Below, piece after piece: positions 54,195 through 64,000 of a stretch of 64,000 bases of DNA; the first letter of the stretch is position 1; every line of letters starts with the position of its first letter. The notes under the pieces are model-generated. The model made no database searches and was not told the DNA's origin. It was given only the letters and a program-made list of their open reading frames with translations. The DNA comes from Sphagnum compactum. Its lineage: Eukaryota. The stretch lies in contig OZ234493.1 in the NCBI GenBank assembly GCA_965153455.1, forward strand, positions 13,940,213 to 14,004,212, given 5' to 3'. The position numbers were made by a program, and so were the translations under genes.

Positions 54195-55704
54195 AAAAGG
54201 TGAATGAAATTGGTTTAAGCTGCTCCTAGGACTTTTGAAATGAATGGGTCCACTATAAGACCCACATTTTTCCCATTGTTAATATTTTCTTCCCCATGTG
54301 TGAAGACTTTGTTTACTTTGACCTATTAGTGTGATACACATGGAAGAAAGTGGGACCCTTTGAGAAGGCATTCAAATTCACAATGCCACTTGTGAAAGCA
54401 ATTGTGTGTTGGACTTCATTGATGAACCTTTTAGAGGACCCCAACCCCCTACTAAATAATTTTAAAACCCTAATTATAACACTAAATGGATTTGAAATAT
54501 CCCACCCCCATTGGATTCAACACAAGTTTGAACATTTATCAATACAGGTCAATAATTAATACCATGTGGTAAATTGTGGGGAGCACACAAGAGCGATCAA
54601 TAGCCATGGGGTGAAAGGAAAACACCATGATGTAAAACTTAAGGCCTTTCAAGACTCAGTTGTGGTAGTAGATTCTAGATTACAACACATACCCCGACCA
54701 TGGTCATACACATTATGTTCCTAGTATGTGTGGTGGTGCCACATTAACAAGAAATGGCCATTGTTTTAGCATGACACACATTGCAAGAATAATTCTACCT
54801 AGTTTATGAGTTGCTAGATGCACAAATGAAAGAACACATGTTGGAAGTGCACACAACAATGACAAGGAGTTCAAATTTTGCCAAAAATCAAGTGTTTTTT
54901 TATTGTGGCATGGATGGTGTACATCAAGGTGGCGCTTGGGGTTCAAACTTACTGGAGGACCATTTTAGGCAGTTGAAGGGGCAAGGTGCCTTTGTATCAA
55001 ACAAAAGCAATTCAAGCACATCTTTAAATTACCTCACCACATCTGCCAACTATTCCAGCACATCCCCAAATCCCTATTCAACTGTACCACCAATACACAT
55101 TATAGCCCAATCGACGATGCGTGTGGAACATCCATGTCCGAAATGTAATTCCCAAGGTTGTCAACTAAATTGTACAATGTCCGTGGGAACAAATTCCTCT
55201 TTGTGAAACTTCGAACATAAATGAAGCCTAGATGGAGACGTCACATCCTAGGAACAAATGGTGGCCCATTTGGATGTTGTGGTTCAAATGACATCATATG
55301 ATCCATTTGAAACTCTAGTACAACAAGGGGTGAACACAAAAGGGGCAAGCACATTAAAGCCATCCCAATATATTGGGGAGGCAAACCTAAAGGCTAAGAT
55401 TGTATTACATGTTCTTGAAGTGTTGCAAAGAGAAATTTCTTCAATGCATGTCCAATTGAATGATATAATGATGAAGTGCAATGTTATACCAATCATTTTA
55501 TGTAGATGTATTATTCATGCAACACATTAAAATTGATACAAATAAACAAAAAAAAAAAACTTCATGATATTTGAAAATTAGATGTATCTAGGATTTTTTC
55601 ATATGTGACAATCCTTTTGTGTAACCCAATCTTGAATGTACCACATTATAAAACTTTGAAAAATAAATAAATAATGAAATCGATATCATTATGATAGTCA
55701 TAAA

Positions 55705-56925
55705 CACTACTACAATTCATGGATTTTAAAGCTATCCAAGTTGATTACCTTTTTCAGCTTGACTAATGAACATGTCCATTCTAACTAGAAGCATGGCACT
55801 TAAATGGCATGTGTATTTTCTGACTAGTGAATTCGATTATAATGATTTATTTGATTATTTATCAAATTAAAAATCTAATTTAGTTGAACAAAAAAACAAC
55901 CACCTTGATCAAGATGGTCACTAGATCTTAATCAAATGGACATTTAATCAAATTCAACAAAACAAAATGACATGCTTAATCAAAATGACCAATGGTTTAA
56001 TTTTAGTCAAATTGGACATCCTATGTTAGTTAATAGGTCACTACCTTGGTTAAGGCGACCTATTTACCTGGGCTTACCTACCTACCTACCTATTACCTAG
56101 CTTAGAAGTAGGCAGCTTAATAGATTTACGTACTTGCCTACTTAGTTATTACCTAGGTTCTGTAAGTAGACCTAAATAATTGAATAACTTAAGTCTACGT
56201 ACCTACCTATTTACCTACTTAAGTTTACTTAAGTCTACATATCTTATATTTAGGTTTATTTACCTACCTAGGCCTAGGTCTACCTAGGTTTGAGTCTTCC
56301 TAGGTCTATGTATTTTATATCTAGGTTTACTTACTTACCTACGTGCCTTTATTTACCTACTTACAAACCTACCTCCAACCTATTTAATAATTACTTAACA
56401 TTTGGACTTACCTATGTAATTAAACATGTGAAATAAAAAACGTAACAAGACTTGTCACTTTTTGGTGTTGTAATCCATTGGTAAGGACTTGGTTTATCAT
56501 TGTTGAGGTGAAAGGTTCAATTCCTTATACTTGTAGCCTATCTGCATGCCTAAGGAATTAAAGTAGTTAAGTAAACTAGACTAATATAATTAAGTAGGTT
56601 AAGTTAGGTAGGTTAAGCGACCACCTACCTACCTATTTATTATTTTACAACCTACTTAAACCTATTTACAATTTATTTACCTTAAAAAATATTTTTCATA
56701 ATAATCCAAAAAACTTGGGTAAAAATTCGACAAGTAAAATGGTCCAATGTTAGGTAATCAAAATGATTAGTCAAATAGTCTCCTATTCTACCAATCAAAT
56801 AGACCATCCCAATCACAATGATGGGTACAATTGATTTGTCCAAATTGACATGGTTTTTTTTATGCTTGTCATTTTGGATATTTTTTTGTTTGATCTAGTA
56901 AAAAAAACATGTTTTTGTAATAGTG
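55705..56925 (+). mobile_element. Non-autonomous CACTA element (~1220 bp) with a tRNA-like internal core
   Basis: Left TIR CACTACTACAATTCATG and right TIR (reverse complement) CACTATTACAAAAACATG; flanks are AAA/ATA. Same layout as 53035-54194, with an (ACCT)n array, an A-box at 56471-56481 and B-box GGTTCAATTCC at 56514-56524. Confidence 0.72.
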
Positions 56926-57449
56926 ATAGTGTCCAACTTGGGAAAGGAGGTCTTAGCCCAAAGGCAAAGAATATTTCAATCACACAATTCTTTATCATGA
57001 CAATTTAAGGTCGTGATTCTTTTTCTTGCCATCGTATCTCATCAATTACCATTTAGTTTCTTCCATATTATAAAATTAAAAGGAAGACTTTCAAATGTAG
57101 CATGGTTACCTTCAAGGGGTTCAACAAATGTGATTTTCAAGTTTAGACATTGAGATTTGTTTTTCAATTTTATGTCATGTGGACATGAAACTACAAAGGA
57201 TGAAGACAATCCTATTGTGATAAATGTGGGCATACTAATTACTAAAAGATGTGTGAATTAGTAGTAGGGATCTTGCATTAGTAATATTTAAATTTGGAAT
57301 AAAATTTCACCAACTTTTAATACATTTAGAGGGTACTGGAAAATACAAATCAATATATGAAAGATTTTCCCACATTTTGATGATGATATATACGAATTTA
57401 TATTCACACATTATGTTTGTGCATGCACACACACATCTCTAGTTCATTT

Positions 57450-58302
57450 TGACGCGCTCCCAAGTCCCTAGTTAGTCCCAAGATGGACTAACTTGTTCAA
57501 GTTGCGAAAAGGGGAAGGACTCAGGGCACGCTCCCAGCCTTCAGCACTAAAAGGGGTAGAGGGGCGTGCTGAAGCCTCGGGATGGATTAGGAAGAGTGAC
57601 AAGCTATTCACTTACTCGAACCTGCATCAAAACCAACCACAAGTTGGTTAGACCACTTTCTGGATCAACCTTGGTGCTAGGACAAGCCACGGGCAACTCT
57701 GGACTCACAAGACTCACCACGGCCCGGACTCGAGGGAAGCCACCACCTTCCCCCATATAGTATTCTCTGTGTTCGCCCATGGCACCCGCATTTGAATGGC
57801 TTTTTGTCCCGGGACTCCCAAGGAGAAGTCCCGAAACTGTCCCGGTTTAGATTCCCGGGACTTTGGAAGCTCATAACTCCCGGCTCAGACCTCCGATTGA
57901 GATGAGGTCTGAAGCAATCTTGTAGCTCTCTTCAAGAGCTTTTCAACGGTGTGTCGCACTCCACCTGCACGCACCGGCATCGGGTCGATTCCCGACTTTT
58001 AGTGGTCGAGAGTTAAACTGCCAGTTTGACTCCCGGCCCTTCTTTTGCCCATAATTTGTGCTGCATATCTTCAAATGGCCCATGCGAGCCCATTTTGCAC
58101 ATCTATTCTTCAAGACCTTTTCAACGGTATAAAGAACTCTTTAATGCAAGGTGTTTTGACCCCTGCAATCGAGATCTGAGTTTTCGGGAGTCCCGGAGGA
58201 CTTTAAGTCCCGGAGGACTCCAAGTCCCGGAGGACTCCAAGTCCCCAACTTTGGGAGTGTGAGTTGCATCCTCACATTTTGCCTCAAAGTGAGGTTGCGA
58301 CA
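57450..58302. mobile_element. Solo LTR (853 bp), relatively young
   Basis: TGAC...GACA termini (TG...CA) are flanked by an ATTT/ATTT duplication. The element is a sharp GC- and CpG-rich island in AT-rich DNA, with an internal 3x 17-bp repeat agtcccggaggact(cca/tta) at about 58189-58245. No adjacent PBS or internal domain seen. Confidence 0.8.
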
Positions 58303-59891
58303 ATTTTGTTGCAAGTTAACAATCTAAAGTGCAAACATCTACAAATAATTTAAATATAAACACATTGTTTGGATTTAATGTTCAAAACAATATTGGCCAT
58401 GTTTGCCAATGTTCCTAAGGCCAAGGTTTTGTTTATTCCCATGTTGTTTCTCATGAAATGGTACATTTCTTTATCCCATGTTCCCAAAACCTATCGCTCG
58501 ACATTTTGTGTCATAAAACCATGTGAATGCATGGTTGAATCCAACTCGTTTTGTGACAACTTTTTGGTGTTTGCAATATTACTAATCTTGCTTCAATGTT
58601 TCCTAGCAAAACACATAATTTGAAAATTTTCAATTGGGACATGGTTATTAATAACTTGATTATGAAAACATATGTGTAATTTTATTTATTGACAAAAGTA
58701 CACCCAATTTTAAAAGTGGATTTTGAAGTGCAAAAATATGGATTGGCCATGTAATTGGAATGGTAGTTCAATTTGAGAAGGTCATGTTAAGTTTCATTGC
58801 AAATTTTCTATAATGATTTAGTATGTGATGTAGCCTAAAATAATAAATGTTTGTGTGTAGTTATTTTTCAAAAATTGCAACCAAATTCTAACTAGGGGCA
58901 TTCAAATGGCCAAAATTGGGCCACATTTTCATAAGTTGCTAAAGTATGTTTTTCCCCCCTAAGTTTTCAAAAAAATCCCAAGTTCATATATATTGATTTT
59001 TTTTAATATAGTTATTTATATGGACATTTTCTTTTGATACATGGACTTTATTATGGTATAATAATTTATTATTTTAACACTATAGAATGGAATTTGTGTG
59101 GATCTTTAAGTTCAAAAGGAAAATACCAAGGGCATCTTATAGTGGAGGCTTATTCTACAACTAGACAAAAACACATGTCCATCATTCTCAAACTATCAGT
59201 TATAGTCAAATGCATTCCATAGAATGACCCTTTAAGCCTTTAGATGCACATGTTGTCATAATTTAATTGTTATTGTAAACATCAATTTTAGGACTATCAA
59301 TATATGTTCATATTCATGTGCTAATATGTAATCCTACTATTAATGAAGGTATTTTTGTTTTGTGTATTTTTGATGTTTTGTTTGTTTTGCTTTGTCACAT
59401 TGAAATCTATTTTATATGAGCTCCTCTTAAGCCTTTTAAATGCATTTTCCAAACATAAAATTTTATAATTATTGGGTCCCTCTTTTGTTTTCAAGTGTTG
59501 TGTAATTTTCATCATGTAAGATTATCATTTGCATCATACGACATGACATGACAAAGTTGAAAATGGAGCTAACACCGTGTTAGGTTAAGTTGTATTGGAG
59601 TTCAATCAACTTAATATAACATGTATTCTTCCCTTTCTAAAATCTTAGCTCACATGCAATGAGGACAATTTACATGTGTGTCCATTTTTTTTGTGGAATT
59701 GATGAATCATGGTACTCAACCCACTTTTGTGTCCTTTTTTTGGGTGAGAAGTTTTTCCTCAAAGGAAGAAAACTTTTTCTAAAGGAATCTTGGAGTACCA
59801 AAAGTGTCATAGCACATGAAGTAAATAAAAAAGGAATCACAAATGATGCATTTGATTTGGATGTAATCTACATGGAGAACCACATAGGGTC

Positions 59892-61603
59892 CACTAGAAG
59901 AAATCATGTTGTAATTAATCACTATGCAATTGTGTGTAATTAGTTTTTATTTGCAACTATATTGGTTATGTTTATAATAAATAAAATGGATATTGTATAG
60001 TTTTTGGGCCATACGATTGTGTGTGCAACTAACATGAACTAATGGTGTTATTTTCATAACACATATCATAAAGATAACATCATAAACTAATACATATCTA
60101 AATTAATATATCCAATTTATTTAAATAGGTTATCTATAATAATATTATATTTATAGTACTAAAACTAAACCCATGCCAATTAAGGCTAAACCTAAGCTAA
60201 ACTAACCTAAATTGATCATGGTTAAATTAATAAAACTACGCTACCATGGCTAAACTAACATAGGCTAAACCAACTAGGAGGTTAAACTAACCAATGTTAA
60301 TTAAACTAACCTTGATTAAATTAACTAATTGTTAATTTCATGTTAAAACATGTATGGTTAGTAGGTTACATTACCTAGCCTTTAAATACCTTAGCCAAAG
60401 CTAGGTAATTATATTATAATATTATTAATTATCACAAGTAATCATATATAGTAATTTTTAAAATATTATATTAATATTTATTATAAATATTATTATAATT
60501 TATTAAATATTATTAATTATGGTAGTATATTTATGGTTAATAGCTAGGTAATAATATTATAATATCATTGATTACTAACCATCATAGGTAATCTTAACTA
60601 TTAACATTTTAATATAATTATTATAATGATTTATTAACCAATTAATAATATTATCATAGTATTATTGTATTATTACCTATTAACTTTTATTACTTATAAT
60701 ATAATTCATATAGCTAGTAGGTAGATTAGGTTAGTATGGCATAAATACCATGTAGTAATTCCATGTCGGTTGCAATTACATCGGTTGTGTTTGTAACTGA
60801 CTTGTTTATCCCATATTTTTTGCCTTGTATTCCAATTGTGCACACTATATAAATAGGTGCATTAGTCTTGTTCACAAACCAAGTACCAAATGCCATTTGG
60901 GATGAACCAATGGAAAAGCCTCGACCTTAAATGCTAAACCCAAACACAAAGTTGGATTATTTTAAACCTACCTACCTACTTATGACCTACCTACAACCTA
61001 CCCCCCTACCTACTTATGTGGCCCTACCTACTTAATTAAAAAATCAATGGGCTTTTTGGAATGTCACATGTCATCATATAATTGGCCTTCATAAACGGAG
61101 ATGTGTTAAAATTTGATTCACAATTTATTGGATGGATGATATATTATTAATTTATTAATAATGATGAATATTGAAATAAAACTCAAACGCCATTGTCACC
61201 TAAATTCATAACCCATAACACATGTCCCCCATCAAAAAATTACATTATAGTTGCATATATAGTTGCATTTATGCAACTATATCACAAAAATACATATAGA
61301 TGAATTAGTATATTCAAATTGTACATACTTTCCATATACATATCCTCCATATATACATTGTCATATGCAATTATGTATTTTGCATGTATGTCGCATGTGA
61401 CTTTTTTTGGACAACTGTAGGGATTTTAATTGCTTGAGTTATGTGCAACCATTACTACAAAATGTGGGTGCAATTCATTAGTTCTCATTCACTAGACCAA
61501 CAAATTCACTACTTTTTAATTAGTCTTTGTTTACTAAGACCAGTGAATTCATTCAATATTTAGTGAAATCACTTGGCGTACAAGGACACCTTTTGTTGTA
61601 GTG
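59892..61603. mobile_element. Degenerate non-autonomous CACTA-like region
   Basis: Starts CACTAGAAGAAATC with TGCAACTA subterminal motifs and contains AT-rich and (ACCT)n/AAACTAA arrays. A TAGTG end at 61603 matches the left TIR poorly, so it may be nested elements. Confidence 0.45.
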
Positions 61604-63289
61604 AACTAAAAACCAATTGCAAATAACAATTGAAAAATGCATAATTTATCTAATGGTCTTAATTTGTAGATTGCATAAATATTTAATTACATTAATTCAT
61701 GTTTACATGAACTAATCAAGACAAGCTTAAAATAGGGACATAGTTTATGAATTCAATAGAAAAAAATTTACTTTTTACTGTAACGTCTATCTTGTACACA
61801 TTTTTGTCCTTTTTAAACATCAATGAACATACATCATGATACATACCACATTTTCTCTTCGAGGGTGAAAACCTTTTTTTAATATTTTGGCATATTTGGC
61901 AAAATATCATCTCAACACATAATTGTCATTACATTGTTACATCAATGATCATAATATGTGTGTAATGCACTAATGACCATGGTATATGGTTATATCAAAT
62001 TATGTGATATGTTTTGCCATGCTAAGGATTGCAATATATTTTTGTGAAGCATCCCCTATAACCTCTATGTTAATTCATATACACTAGAATAAATGTTGTC
62101 CATCGCAACCATATGTTTGCAATTACCATGTGACTACTATCCAAACCAACTTATTTTGTGACTATAAAAGATCCAATTGTCCTACATGTCATGATAGTTG
62201 CAAGTCATGCTAATCACATATGCGACTACAAGAAGCTCAAATCAAAGTTTAGTTGTAGGTGTGACTGTAATTTACGAATCTAAAATCTTTCTTTGAAAAT
62301 ATAAATGAAAAGTGACTAGTGTCATGTAGAATTTGGTTGCATCCATCAATGGATGATAACTTAGTTGTTTTTGCAACTACAATGTATTTTGTGCAATTGC
62401 AACAATATATTTTGCCAAGTGTACAAAGATGCTTAGATCTACCACACATGCCATCTTTGTTACTCCAAATGAAGTATTGAAGTAGGCAACAATGGAACTT
62501 ATGTTGTTGGAGAAAGCCATGATCACAACACCCCAAATATAAATAAAGTTTGAGAACACCCCAAGTATATATCAATGAAAACTACTTAAAGACATATATT
62601 TACTAGTTCTTTTATCTCCTCTTCCAATGATATGGCGCATCCCATACTGATCATCCCTTTCAAACTAAAAAAATGTTCATGATAACAAATCATAAGTTAT
62701 ATACTCCATCCCATTAATTCCAAGACTTATAAATTTAACTACAACTTAAGTTTTACTCCTTCAAGATATAGAAAGTGCTATGAAAAGATGCACATGTTTC
62801 TATTATTTTTAAACCAACTAGATTAGCACCTAAGTACCCAAACCTCATAAAATTGACAAGGATACACACTGCAATAGAAAAAATACTCACATTTATTTTG
62901 AATTTTCAAGAATAAAATTAACATCCTCTCCAAAAGTCATGAAATACCAATATAAAGTCAAAACCTTCTCCCAAAACTAGCAACCCTTTAAAAGTTTCTT
63001 TGAAAAAAAATTAGCAAAAAAAGAAAATTTTGCCAAGGATTTTAATGGTAAGATCCTTTAAGGGCTTACATTATAATTACCAAAGTTTTTGAGTATTGAA
63101 ACTTTTTACCGAAATTGGAGTATTGAAGTTTTGTACTAAAAGGCTTTACCAAAAGTCACTACCAAGACCGTTTACCAAAAGTTCATTACTAAAAATGGGA
63201 GGGGCCAAGGACCAAAAATGAAAAGGGCAAGTGACTGAAAATGAAAAGGCCATGATCCAAATTGGAAAGGGCTAGTGATTGAAAATTTA

Positions 63290-64000
63290 AAGGTTTGATA
63301 ATCACACTTACATGACATCTGTCCAATGGTGACTGAGAGGTCACCACAATTGTTTGATGGTGACTGAAACATGCATAGTTGTTTACTGGTGACCAAATTG
63401 ATATATTCAAGTTTAGTAATCATGGAAGCCTTTTTTTTGCCTTCTGTTTCTGCTTTCTTTTTGAGGGGGAGGGGGGGGGTGATTATTTTTCAAAATTTGG
63501 AAAGTGACTTAAGTATGTGAAATCACCCACAATAATGTTTAGAGGTTCAAGAAATTTGAAAAAACAAAATCATGGGTAATGTGTACAACTTTTTATATCA
63601 ACTTGTGAGGAAATACCAATATCCTTTATTTACAAAGAATGTGCATTTATGTGTTTGCAACAAAATTATGCACTTCTGTCATGGACAATATTCCTATTTA
63701 TGGTTGTATTCTATTGAAGTAATCATGTGTGTTATAAACATGAAGTTCCTTGGGGATGTCTTTGTATAACAAATCCTCTAGCATATTCATGGTAACATCC
63801 AAAACATATACACTTTCAAATGCACATGGTAGATATTTGACATTTGCACCCTTGTAATCCCAAGCTACAAACATTCACTCCCCTTTCGTGATTTGTGCAT
63901 TACTAACATACAAGGTTGATGGGATTTCCTTGTACAACAAGCCTTTTAGTAATTGAACGATATCTACATAATATTCTCCTTCTTTCTAGCTTGGGAAATA
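63290..64000 (-). mobile_element. Second (partial) copy of the repeat unit at ~50670-51840
   Basis: 63550-63990 aligns with 51420-51840 (aaatttgaa...aatcatgggtaa...aataccaatatc...gtgtg..ataaacatgaag...acatccaaaacat...gggatttccttgtacaacaa). Minus translation GEYYVDIVQLLKGLLYKEIP...WDYKGANVKYLPCAFESVYVLDV. Runs off the window end. Confidence 0.75.

Noticed and set aside
54300-55530. Short ORFs 54811-55206 and 55258-55530
   Set aside because: Probably decayed TE coding sequence between CACTA elements. No motif I can identify, so left unannotated.

Overview
Eukaryotic nuclear DNA from a non-seed land plant. The intron style, gene set and repeat landscape suggest a moss such as Sphagnum (inference). 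Two gene islands sit among AT-rich, CpG-depleted transposon debris. Island 1 (2.2-7.1 kb) holds tRNA-Glu(CUC), an intronless minus-strand gene and, head-to-head with it, a 4-exon GIF/SSXT gene. The intronless gene encodes a stand-alone group II intron maturase domain X with an organelle-presequence-like N-terminus and no RT domain. Island 2 (23.8-43.7 kb) holds a 17-exon PEX1 and a UDP-glucose 4-epimerase with 9 coding exons. Repeats include a decayed Ty1/copia element, a tRNA-derived SINE with TSD, a fold-back MITE, a CRE-type RLE non-LTR fragment, a non-autonomous Helitron, CACTA remnants and a young solo LTR. Most notable: (1) the RT-less domain-X-only maturase-derived gene; (2) a decayed, apparently repeat-borne spliced gene joining a tandem WDxxGxNVxYL domain to a protein kinase, with a second partial copy in the window; (3) tRNA-like A/B-box cores inside non-autonomous CACTA elements. 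Exon structures were read by eye from GT-AG sites and reading frames; no database searches were run.
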